From an uncultured Bdellovibrionales bacterium (lineage in GTDB: Bacteria; Patescibacteriota; Minisyncoccia; Moranbacterales; UBA1568), in contig CAZQWS010000005.1 in assembly GCA_964597355.1 (NCBI GenBank), positions 903 to 64,902 of the forward strand: a stretch of 64,000 bases of DNA, given 5' to 3'. Below the pieces are notes generated by a model. It was not told the origin of the DNA, ran no database searches, and saw only the letters and a program-made list of their open reading frames with translations. Below, one piece after another: positions 56,398-64,000 of this stretch; position 1 is the stretch's first letter; the number at the start of each line of letters is the position of its first letter. Made by a program: the position numbers and the translations under genes.

Positions 56398-56787
56398 ATG
56401 CTCCGTATTTCCGGTATCAACTTGCCTGATCAGAAACGTATCGAGATTGCGCTTACGTATATCTACGGTATTGGTCGTCCGACCAGCAACAAAATCTTGA
56501 CCACTCTTTCGATCGATCCCAATACTCGAACCAAAGATCTCTCAGAAAAAGATGGCAACCGCTTGCGCGAAGCGATTGAGAAGACTTATCGAGTGGAGGG
56601 AGACCTTCGTCATCAGGTCAAGATGAATATCAAACGCCTCAAAGAAATTGGTTGTTATCGAGGAAGTCGTCATGCCAAGAGCCTCCCGGTTCGCGGACAG
56701 CGTACCAAGACCAACACTCGTACTGTGCGTGGCAATGTCCGTAAGACGATGGGTAGTGGCCGTAAGAAAGCATCAGATAAGACCTAA
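56398..56787 (+). CDS. rpsM: 30S ribosomal protein S13
   Basis: '[26 protein letters not shown]'. Confidence 0.9.
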   Translation: MLRISGINLPDQKRIEIALTYIYGIGRPTSNKILTTLSIDPNTRTKDLSEKDGNRLREAIEKTYRVEGDLRHQVKMNIKRLKEIGCYRGSRHAKSLPVRGQRTKTNTRTVRGNVRKTMGSGRKKASDKT

Positions 56788-56819
56788 ACTAACTTGATGA
56801 GAAGATTTCTCTAGCGTGT

Positions 56820-57266
56820 ATGGCAGAAGAAGATCTCAAAAATGAATCAGTGGCCAAAGCCGTTTCCGAAGTTCCTGAAGAGGGATCTGCCAAGAAGCGG
56901 GGCAAGAAAGCCAAGCGCACCGTCGAAAAAGGCCGTGCCAGCATTCAGTGTACCTACAACAATACGATTGTAACGATTGCCGATCTCAATGGAGGCGTGC
57001 TTGCTTGGTCAAGTTCTGGTCACCTTGGTTTCAAAGGTGCTAAGAAATCTACTCCCTATGCAGCTACTCAAATCATTGCTGAGCTCTCTGAAAAAGTGAA
57101 GAAGTTTGGAGTACAGGAGCTTGAAGTCTATGTCAAAGGTGTAGGGAGTGGCCGTGAAGCTTGTATCCGAGCCTTGGCTAATAATGGTTTCAATCTCATT
57201 TCCATCAAAGACATTACTCCGATTCCACACAATGGTTGTCGCCCACGTCGCCCACGTCGCATGTAA
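56820..57266 (+). CDS. rpsK: 30S ribosomal protein S11
   Basis: 'IQCTYNNTIVTIADLNGGVLAWSSSGHLGFKGAKKSTPYAA'. Confidence 0.9.
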   Translation: MAEEDLKNESVAKAVSEVPEEGSAKKRGKKAKRTVEKGRASIQCTYNNTIVTIADLNGGVLAWSSSGHLGFKGAKKSTPYAATQIIAELSEKVKKFGVQELEVYVKGVGSGREACIRALANNGFNLISIKDITPIPHNGCRPRRPRRM

Positions 57267-57298
57267 TTTTCTACTCGATATTTTGTAAACTCGTTATT

Positions 57299-57931
57299 AT
57301 GGCCCGTCACCTTGATTCAAAATGTAAACTCTGCCGTCGCGCTGGCGAAAAGCTCTTTCTGAAGGGAGATCGTTGTTTTTCTCCGAAGTGTGCTATTTCA
57401 CGCCGTCCATATGCTCCTGGTGTGCATGGTCAGAACCCAAGCCGTAACAAAAGTGAATTCGGCCGCCAGCTCGCTATGAAGCAGAAGATCAAGCGTATCT
57501 ACGGAGTCCTTGAACGACAGTTCCGCCACCACTTTGAAGAAAGCCAGGAGCGCAAAGGCGCCACAGGTGACCTTTTGATTGAACGTCTTGAGCGCCGTCT
57601 CGACAATGTGATTTACCGATTGGGTTTTGTTCCTTCTCGCGCATTGGCTCGACAGCTTGTGGGGCATAAATTCTTTACCGTCAACGGAACTCGGATGAAC
57701 ATCTCTTCCTACGAAGTTCAAGTAGGGGATGTGATCGCTCTCAAGGGGAGCAAGACTAACAAGGGTATTGTTAAAGCCAATGAGGAAATTTTGAAAAATA
57801 AGAAGGATGTACCACGCTGGCTTGCTCTTGAAGCAGATAAATTGGAAGGTAAGGTAGTAGCTCTTCCAACAAAGTCTGATGTCGGAGTGTTTGTCGACGC
57901 ACAGGCAGTGGTCGAATATTATTCGAAATAA
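57299..57931 (+). CDS. rpsD: 30S ribosomal protein S4
   Basis: 'MARHLDSKCKLCRRAGEKLFLKGDRCFSPKCAISRRPYAPGVHG' zinc-finger N-terminus; ATG 57299 (track extends to 57236). Confidence 0.9.
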   Translation: MARHLDSKCKLCRRAGEKLFLKGDRCFSPKCAISRRPYAPGVHGQNPSRNKSEFGRQLAMKQKIKRIYGVLERQFRHHFEESQERKGATGDLLIERLERRLDNVIYRLGFVPSRALARQLVGHKFFTVNGTRMNISSYEVQVGDVIALKGSKTNKGIVKANEEILKNKKDVPRWLALEADKLEGKVVALPTKSDVGVFVDAQAVVEYYSK

Positions 57932-57973
57932 GCGTAATTTTATTAAATATCGCTAATATCGCTCTAGTCGTAA

Positions 57974-58762
57974 ATGACGAGCCCTAACCATATGCAAAAC
58001 ATCGCTCTCCCATCCAAGCCAAAGTATACCGAGATTAAGAAGAATCACGGGAAATTTGAAATTGGTGGTTGCTATCCTGGCTATGGTTCTACGTTGGGGA
58101 ATGCCCTCCGCCGGGTGCTACTCTCTTCTCTTCCAGGAGCTGCTATCCGTTCCGTCAAGATCAAAGGAGTTTCTCACGAGTTCTCTACTATCCCAGGGGT
58201 GATGGAAGATGTGGTGCAGGTTATTTTGAACCTCAAGCAAGTACGTTTTCGCTCGCATTCCGATGAAGCAGTGACGGTAACACTCAAGGCCAAGGGTGAG
58301 GGTGTTGTGACTGGCAAAGACATTAAATGCTCTTCGTCAGTTGAAGTCGTCAATCCTGATCAAGTGATTGCTACTCTTTCTGACAAAAAAGCTGAACTTG
58401 AAATGGATATTGTTGTTGACCGTGGACTTGGTTATGTGGCCGTGGAAACTCGCGAGGACGAAGAACGTGAAATTGGTGAAATTGCTGTAGATGCCATTTA
58501 CACCCCCGTCAAACGTGTCAACTACGAAGTAGAGAACATGCGTGTTGGGAAGCGTACTGACTATGACAAGATTACGCTTGAAGTAGTGACTGATGGTTCT
58601 ATTAGTCCGGAAGAGGCATTCAAACAGTCAGTACAGATCCTGGTTGGTCAGTTCTCGGTGCTGCTCGAAGAGGAAGTAACCGAAACGGAAACTAAAGAAG
58701 AAACTCCAGCAGAGGAAGTAAAGCCAAAAAAGGTGAAGGGAGAAGGAAAGGAAGAGAAATAA
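57974..58762 (+). CDS. rpoA: DNA-directed RNA polymerase alpha subunit, N-terminal domain only (no alpha-CTD)
   Basis: 262 aa; alpha-NTD motifs 'LGNALRRVLLSSLPGAAI', 'EDVVQVILNLKQVRF'; ends in acidic/Lys-rich tail instead of the ~80-aa CTD. Confidence 0.8.
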   Translation: MTSPNHMQNIALPSKPKYTEIKKNHGKFEIGGCYPGYGSTLGNALRRVLLSSLPGAAIRSVKIKGVSHEFSTIPGVMEDVVQVILNLKQVRFRSHSDEAVTVTLKAKGEGVVTGKDIKCSSSVEVVNPDQVIATLSDKKAELEMDIVVDRGLGYVAVETREDEEREIGEIAVDAIYTPVKRVNYEVENMRVGKRTDYDKITLEVVTDGSISPEEAFKQSVQILVGQFSVLLEEEVTETETKEETPAEEVKPKKVKGEGKEEK

Positions 58763-58786
58763 TTTTACCGAAACTGATTTACTCGT

Positions 58787-59200
58787 ATGCAACATCGGAA
58801 CAGAGGTCGAATCTTAAGCCGAGATCGTGGCCAGCGGCACGCTCTCTTGAAGACGCTTATCGGGAGCCTTATCATGCGTGAGCGTATCACGACGACTCTT
58901 GCTAAGGCCAAGGAAGTCAAGAATTTTATTGATCAGATCGTCAATAAGGGGAAGGTGGCCAAGAACGATGACAAGCGCCGAGCAGCTATGCTTCGCCTGC
59001 TCCGTTCACGTCTCTCCCTCGAATCTACTAAGAAAATTTCTGGTGACTTTTCGACTCGTTTTGCTAGCCGTACGAGTGGCTACAGTCGAGTGATTAAGCT
59101 TGATCGTCGCAAGGGTGATGGAGCCGAGATGGCGGTCATTGAGCTGGTGCTTGATCCAGAAAAAGTTGAAAAGAAGACCAAGAAGGAAGCTGCAAAATAA
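58787..59200 (+). CDS. rplQ: 50S ribosomal protein L17
   Basis: 'MQHRNRGRILSRDRGQRHALLKTLIGSLI'. Confidence 0.9.
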   Translation: MQHRNRGRILSRDRGQRHALLKTLIGSLIMRERITTTLAKAKEVKNFIDQIVNKGKVAKNDDKRRAAMLRLLRSRLSLESTKKISGDFSTRFASRTSGYSRVIKLDRRKGDGAEMAVIELVLDPEKVEKKTKKEAAK

Positions 59201-59209
59201 TAGATACCT

Positions 59210-59632
59210 ATGAAGTCAACTCCTAAAAATCCTACCAAGCCTACCAAGCGCACCGTACATCTCTTTGATGCCCAGGGAAAAGTATTGGGACGCCTGGCAA
59301 CTGAAATCGCAACTCTTCTTTCCGGGAAGAACAAAGTAAACTATGCCCCGCATATTGATGGCGGTGACAGTATTGTTGTGATCAATACCGATGGGATCGA
59401 AGTAACTGGCAATAAACCAAACTCCAAGATCTACAATCGTTTCTCAGGGTATCCAGGCGGTATTACCGCTATTTCCTTCAGGGATCAGCGTAAGAAGGAT
59501 TCTCGGAAACTTATTTGGCAGGCAGTTTACGGTATGCTCCCCAAGAACTCTCTCCGAGCTAAGATGCTTACTCGCCTTCGTTTGTTCCAAGGGGCAGAGT
59601 ACACGAAACGCCAAATTGATGTGACTCACTAA
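59210..59632 (+). CDS. rplM: 50S ribosomal protein L13
   Basis: 'LFDAQGKVLGRLATEIATLLSGKNK'. Confidence 0.9.
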   Translation: MKSTPKNPTKPTKRTVHLFDAQGKVLGRLATEIATLLSGKNKVNYAPHIDGGDSIVVINTDGIEVTGNKPNSKIYNRFSGYPGGITAISFRDQRKKDSRKLIWQAVYGMLPKNSLRAKMLTRLRLFQGAEYTKRQIDVTH

Positions 59633-59646
59633 AGATTTTTAACTCT

Positions 59647-60117
59647 ATGGTAACCAAAGCCACCACCAAGAAAGTAGCAGCTCCTAAGGAGAAGGAAACG
59701 AAGCCGACATCAAAAGAAGGACGCTATATTTATGCTGTTGGACGTCGCAAGACTGCCGTGGCTCAGGTGCGCCTGTATGGTGACGCTAAGGACGAAACTG
59801 TAGAAATCCTCGTTAATGATCGGCAGTTTGACCAGTATTTCAATACTGCTTCACAACGCGAAGCCGTACTCGCCCCGCTCAAGGCAGTCGGTCAGGAAAA
59901 AGCTGCCCACATCACTATCCATGTGAATGGTGGTGGGCTTGCGGGTCAGGCTGATGCCGCCAAACTTGGTATCGCTCGGGCGCTTGTCGAGAAAGATGCG
60001 CTGCTCCGTGCCGCACTTAAGGCAGAGAAGCTGCTCACTCGTGACCATCGTTCAGTCGAACGTAAGAAACCAGGGCTCAAGAAGGCTCGTCGGGCGCCAC
60101 AGTGGGCCAAGCGTTAA
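59647..60117 (+). CDS. rpsI: 30S ribosomal protein S9
   Basis: 'YAVGRRKTAVAQVRL' ... C-terminal 'RKKPGLKKARRAPQWAKR'. Confidence 0.9.
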   Translation: MVTKATTKKVAAPKEKETKPTSKEGRYIYAVGRRKTAVAQVRLYGDAKDETVEILVNDRQFDQYFNTASQREAVLAPLKAVGQEKAAHITIHVNGGGLAGQADAAKLGIARALVEKDALLRAALKAEKLLTRDHRSVERKKPGLKKARRAPQWAKR

Positions 60118-60135
60118 TCTTCGAAACTTCCCAAA

Positions 60136-60162
60136 GCACCCCGAAAGGGGTGTTTTTTCTTT
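60136..60162 (+). terminator. rho-independent terminator gcacccc-GAAA-ggggtg + TTTTTTCTTTTG after rpsI
   Basis: GC stem with GNRA tetraloop and T-run. Confidence 0.8.
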
Positions 60163-60292
60163 TGTTTAAGCCATTATCTAATATTGATTTTTTTGTTAAA
60201 AAGGTGTATAATATATAGTTTGGTAGAATTATCTCCCAAACGTGAGCAGTAGCTCATTCACAACTCACACCCCACTTTGAAGGAGAGTTTCT

Positions 60293-60895
60293 ATGGCACA
60301 CTATGCTGTCGGTTCGTTCAAGCCCAGTCGTAGCGGCAGCCCGTCTCAGTTTGTTTCGACGGACCTGCAACCGAAAGGGCCATTTGCCAAGCTGGATCTC
60401 AACCGCTTGAAGATCAAGCAGTCTCAGTTTGATTGGGTGCATCACCGGTTCCTCTTCGAACTTGAGGACTGGCGCTCGGCCAATCAGTCGGTTCAGTATG
60501 TAACGAAGCTTATTACTTCGCTTCGTGACGTCAGAGCAGAGCTCCACCAAGCGCTTAAAGGTGCAACTTGGGAGATGGTTCAGATGGAGTGCCTTCGTCG
60601 GAAGATCCAGATTGTCGGCGAGATCCTCAAGACGAAATACGGCTACTTCCGTCCCGAATACCACAGCGGACTCAATGCGTTTGGTCCGGGGCAAGACGTG
60701 GATCCATGGATCACTTTCGAACCTTGTCCTGTTTCCACCGAGAACCCCTATGGGGATGCGTGGATGGCCGTGTCGGAGCGTGAATATCTCTGCTGTGTGG
60801 ATGAGGCAGAGATCAAGCGGGCTCATGACGCCGGCATCGCCAATGGGGGTCTCGGCGAACTCCTTGCTGCCAAGATGTCCCAACAAGGGAAGTGA
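60293..60895 (+). CDS. hypothetical protein, 200 aa, GC-rich (~55%)
   Basis: Preceded by TTGATT-18-TGTATAAT promoter (60184-60213) and followed by terminator accgcg...cgcggt+T-run (60904-60950). Confidence 0.55.
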   Translation: MAHYAVGSFKPSRSGSPSQFVSTDLQPKGPFAKLDLNRLKIKQSQFDWVHHRFLFELEDWRSANQSVQYVTKLITSLRDVRAELHQALKGATWEMVQMECLRRKIQIVGEILKTKYGYFRPEYHSGLNAFGPGQDVDPWITFEPCPVSTENPYGDAWMAVSEREYLCCVDEAEIKRAHDAGIANGGLGELLAAKMSQQGK

Positions 60896-61368
60896 AGAAA
60901 GAAACCGCGCGCAAGAATAACAATTCTAAAGCACGCGGTTTTGATTTTGTCTTTATTTCTTCCGCTTATTCATCATTCCCCATTTCTTTTGGCAGCAAAA
61001 GAAATGGAAAAAGAAAACTGCCCGTCCCAGTCTCTCGATTCGTGTTTTGTTACCTCTCGCTTCCAGCAACAGCCTCGCGTCTTAGAGAAAGACTGATCCT
61101 GTTGTTCTCTTCCAGCGAGAGAACAAAAAGACTCATCTTCCGCCAGGACGGGATTTAAATCTCTTCTTCTACACCCGCGTTGGGAGGCGAGGGAAGTATT
61201 ACCGATTCATGAAGGATCACCATTGGATCATTCTGAGGCGATGCAATGGCCGGAGGGAATCGTGTAATGCTCCGAGATGGGAAACCAGGGTAGCAATCTT
61301 TCTTTGGAACTTTCTTTTGTTGGCAAAAGAAAGTGGGAAATGACTTGCTGAAAAAAGAAGTGGCGAAA

Positions 61369-62820
61369 CTATTGCCCGAAGAGGCCTTGGGGTTCAGGGA
61401 AAACGATAGAGGTAATGTCGTAGCCGGGGACGACAAAGAAGAGGCGATTTTCGGAGAAAAGATAGAAGATTTGGAGGGGATGTCCTGGGAGGATTTGAAG
61501 GTCGCCGATCAGACGGTAGTCCCGGCCGTCAAGCTCAATAAACTTTACCACGTTGCCGTGGCTAAAGATGATATGCTCATAATTTTCGGTCCAGTGTACG
61601 TTCTTTATGGCATCAGAGAAGCGCGCTACCTGGACGACTTCGCCAGCCTTCCTTCGTGGCTGAACTTCCCAGTCGTCAGCAAAGGCCACACTAATTTCAT
61701 TGTCACCATAGAAAAGAAGTTTCTTGCCGTCATTAGAAAACTGCATGCCGTTAATGAAACGGGCTACTTCTCTGATGATCGGGACGCGGTTTTCGGAATT
61801 GGGATAGACCAAGAAGAGGCGATGCTCCCCAGCGTGTTCCAGGAGCGCGAGACGGTCTTCATCGTAGACAGTGAGTGTTATAGGGGTGCCTGGTACTAGC
61901 GGCAAAGACGGGGTAATTGTAATGAGGCGGTCACCGTCTTCTTGCCACACCTCACCGGTGTCCATGAGGAGGTAGAGAGTATCGTCGGAGATAGTATAGG
62001 TGGTGACGTTGTCAGCCAAGGAATCAAGTGTTCCGTTGGGATTGATACCGAAGCGGTAGAGAGTGTTCCCAGCTATGAAAAGGAGTTCGTGGGAGCGGTT
62101 GGTTTGCCAGCGAGCCTTTTCGATGCCACTCAGACCAAACCGTTCTTCAAGCGAGAAATAGCTTCCATTGGTGGCGTCAATCACAAAGTGATAGGGAACG
62201 CCTTTGACCGTGAGAGGAAAGATCACAAATCGACCGTTTTCAAACCAGGACCACTCGAGGTTTTCTTTACGGTTCGGATCAAAAAAACTTTCAGGGAGCG
62301 AAAATACTTGACGGTTATCGCTTGTCTGGTAATTGTAGAAAACGAGACTAGTTTCATCATCTTGCCTTTTGATGAGGGCGAAACGAGTGGGCTCGGTCGG
62401 GTGTGGGAAAACTTGCTCGGTGAAGTTGGTGGCGGAAATAGTCTCGTAAGGATAGTCGGTGTGGGGCAGGATGACATTCCAGAATTCCCGTGAGACTCCG
62501 CTTTCGATGATAACCCGTTTTTCCCAAGGGAGGTACCCGGGAGCACTGATACGGATGGTATGTTCGCCTGGCATGAGGCCGGTAATATGGATCGAGTTAT
62601 TGAGGATGCCCAGCCGTTTCCTCGGGATGATGTCGCCATCAACCGCAATGTCGACGGTTTCTGGCAGAGTTTTGACGGTAATCGAGCCAGAAAAAATGAA
62701 AATACCCCGCTCGAAGCTGTAGCGGTAGCCAAAAGCGTGGAAGAGGACAAGACCGGCAGTGGCCCAAAAGGCCATGACCACGATCCAGAAAATAAGAGAT
62801 CGATAGCGGGAGAGCAACAT
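61369..62820 (-). CDS. PEGA domain protein with C-terminal TolB-like beta-propeller (N-terminal TM)
   Basis: TM 'LIFWIVVMAFWATAGLVLF', PEGA 'PGEHTIRISAPGYLPWEKRVIIESGVS', C-terminal repeated beta-strand-rich segments. Confidence 0.6.
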   Translation of the reverse strand: MLLSRYRSLIFWIVVMAFWATAGLVLFHAFGYRYSFERGIFIFSGSITVKTLPETVDIAVDGDIIPRKRLGILNNSIHITGLMPGEHTIRISAPGYLPWEKRVIIESGVSREFWNVILPHTDYPYETISATNFTEQVFPHPTEPTRFALIKRQDDETSLVFYNYQTSDNRQVFSLPESFFDPNRKENLEWSWFENGRFVIFPLTVKGVPYHFVIDATNGSYFSLEERFGLSGIEKARWQTNRSHELLFIAGNTLYRFGINPNGTLDSLADNVTTYTISDDTLYLLMDTGEVWQEDGDRLITITPSLPLVPGTPITLTVYDEDRLALLEHAGEHRLFLVYPNSENRVPIIREVARFINGMQFSNDGKKLLFYGDNEISVAFADDWEVQPRRKAGEVVQVARFSDAIKNVHWTENYEHIIFSHGNVVKFIELDGRDYRLIGDLQILPGHPLQIFYLFSENRLFFVVPGYDITSIVFPEPQGLFGQ

Positions 62821-62857
62821 GGTTTCAACCTAGCATACTTCACTCCTCCCCAACAAG

Positions 62858-63445
62858 GTGCCCCAAGCGTTTCAAAAGAGGGGAGTTTTAGTGCTAAACT
62901 GTAAGCATCCAAAGGATAGCTGTTTCTGCCTGATAGATAATCTCTACACGCCTATGATTGATCGTTTGAATGCCTTTCTTCCTGATAAGATTGCCGGGGA
63001 CCTCTCTCTTATTTTGCTTTTTGTTGGTATCTCGCTTTTGGCGGGGTTTATCTTTGGTCGTTGGAAACTCGTCAATATCCTCATCAACGTCTATATCGCG
63101 GTCGCTATCGTCGGTATCGTGCCAGGAGAGTGGTTTGAGGTGAGCGTGTATGCCAAAGCCATGGCGTTTTTTGTTCTGTTGGTTGTGCTCACTATGTTTG
63201 ACGATCGTCTCTTCGATATCCATATCACGAGCGCTGGGACCGATTTTTTCTGGCGCTTTTTTGTTACGTCGTTTCTCGTGACTGGCTCGGTACTTTCGAG
63301 TATCTTTAATTTCCTCCCGAAAAGCGTTGTTCTCGAGTGGGTCAGTCCCAATCTTTACTTTTACATTGCTTCACCCTGGGCACTCATGTTCTGGCTTGTC
63401 GTGCCGATTTTCTCTCTCTTTGTCATCAATACACGCTTGCGCTAG
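62858..63445 (+). CDS. hypothetical polytopic membrane protein
   Basis: 5-6 hydrophobic helices; start may be the internal ATG (MIDRLNAFL). Confidence 0.45.
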   Translation: MPQAFQKRGVLVLNCKHPKDSCFCLIDNLYTPMIDRLNAFLPDKIAGDLSLILLFVGISLLAGFIFGRWKLVNILINVYIAVAIVGIVPGEWFEVSVYAKAMAFFVLLVVLTMFDDRLFDIHITSAGTDFFWRFFVTSFLVTGSVLSSIFNFLPKSVVLEWVSPNLYFYIASPWALMFWLVVPIFSLFVINTRLR

Positions 63446-63510
63446 TTCGTGCGAGGCAAAAGAAAACACGCACCTGAAACGTTGGTATAGGGGTGCGCGT
63501 TGATGAGAAT

Positions 63511-63699
63511 TTAACCATGGCGATGGGACGGGCTGGAACTACCGAGATCAGCCAAGGCATGAAAGAGCATTACCAGAACGACTACGACAAGGCCGATGAA
63601 GATGATCCAACCAAATCCTGTGACAAAGAAGGGGACGATGATGATCCCGAGGATGGCCCCGAAGAACAGTCCGATGGTAGTGTAGTCTTTCCAATTCAT
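63511..63699 (-). CDS. hypothetical small membrane protein (62 aa)
   Basis: Strong SD GAGGGGAGG upstream on minus strand, two TM helices, terminator hairpin downstream; preferred over the overlapping acidic + strand ORF. Confidence 0.45.
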   Translation of the reverse strand: MNWKDYTTIGLFFGAILGIIIVPFFVTGFGWIIFIGLVVVVLVMLFHALADLGSSSPSHRHG

Positions 63700-64000
63700 G
63701 CAGGCCTCCCCTCAGGAAAGGTTTTTTTCTCGATGATTTCTCTCGGCTGGGTCAGCATGAGATGCTCCTAGAGGTTGTTGAAGGACGATTTGCTGGCCTA
63801 AAGCTCGGGATCTCCCAATCTTATCCATCGAGAATATATCTCTTTTTGACTCCTTTGTAAAGGGTAAAATAGGCCAAAAATACATCCTTTTTTCTCCTCT
63901 TAAGACGGTACAGACAAGACCCTTGACAGCCCCTGGAACACCCCCTATACTGTTTAAGCAATCGAGAAGAACTATCTTCTCTTTTGTTTTCCTTAAAAAC

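Noticed and set aside
61155-61899. Two plus-strand ORFs (93 and 188 aa) overlapping the PEGA/beta-propeller gene region
   Set aside because: They are antisense to a 483-aa gene with TM and PEGA motifs and have no features of their own.
63493-63771. 92-aa acidic plus-strand ORF
   Set aside because: It overlaps the minus-strand small TM-protein ORF, which has a strong SD and a terminator. The plus ORF has neither.

Overview
This 64 kb window looks like a small-genome bacterium (Candidate Phyla Radiation / Patescibacteria-like). GC is roughly 48%, the proteins are short, and several ribosomal proteins carry extensions. Most of the window is housekeeping, all called from sequence and motifs only (no tools):
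- It starts with the secY end, then adk and map, then a glycolytic block (galT, tpiA, fba, gap).
- Cell-envelope genes: murD, murA, mreB, two GT4, one GT2, two tandem GT-C ArnT/PMT-like transferases, a MraY/WecA-family gene, uppS, and a polyprenyl synthase.
- Translation and replication genes: prfA-prmC, rpmE, rpsB-tsf, five tRNAs plus rpmG, infA-rpmJ-rpsM-rpsK-rpsD-rpoA-rplQ, rplM-rpsI, and holB.

The standout feature is a complete diversity-generating retroelement (DGR) at about 12.4-16.1 kb:
- Two tandem paralogous GC-rich target genes end in variable regions (VR1, VR2).
- A downstream template repeat (TR) differs from VR2 only at TR adenines (21 A-to-N substitutions, none at non-A positions); 10 of its 37 codons are AAY.
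- An Avd-like four-helix-bundle gene sits on the opposite strand.
- A reverse transcriptase carries the DGR hallmarks LGNLTSQ and YADD.
- The cassette sits immediately downstream of trxB, and a 3' fragment of trxB with its terminator and promoter has been duplicated together with the target gene.

Other items of note:
- a CsoR-family repressor with its dyad operator, upstream of an SDR and trxB;
- a cluster of three large charged or coiled-coil hypothetical proteins plus a TraD/VirD4-like coupling ATPase (26.9-37.3 kb);
- a promoter and structured-leader module shared between DGR target 1 and a distant GC-rich ORF (37.3 kb);
- heptanucleotide tandem repeats inside a GT4 gene;
- a G9 homopolymer between the divergent avd and RT genes;
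- a strongly expressed-looking 22-aa lysine-rich micro-ORF;
- a tRNA-Glu 3' fragment duplication;
- an RpoA that lacks the alpha C-terminal domain.
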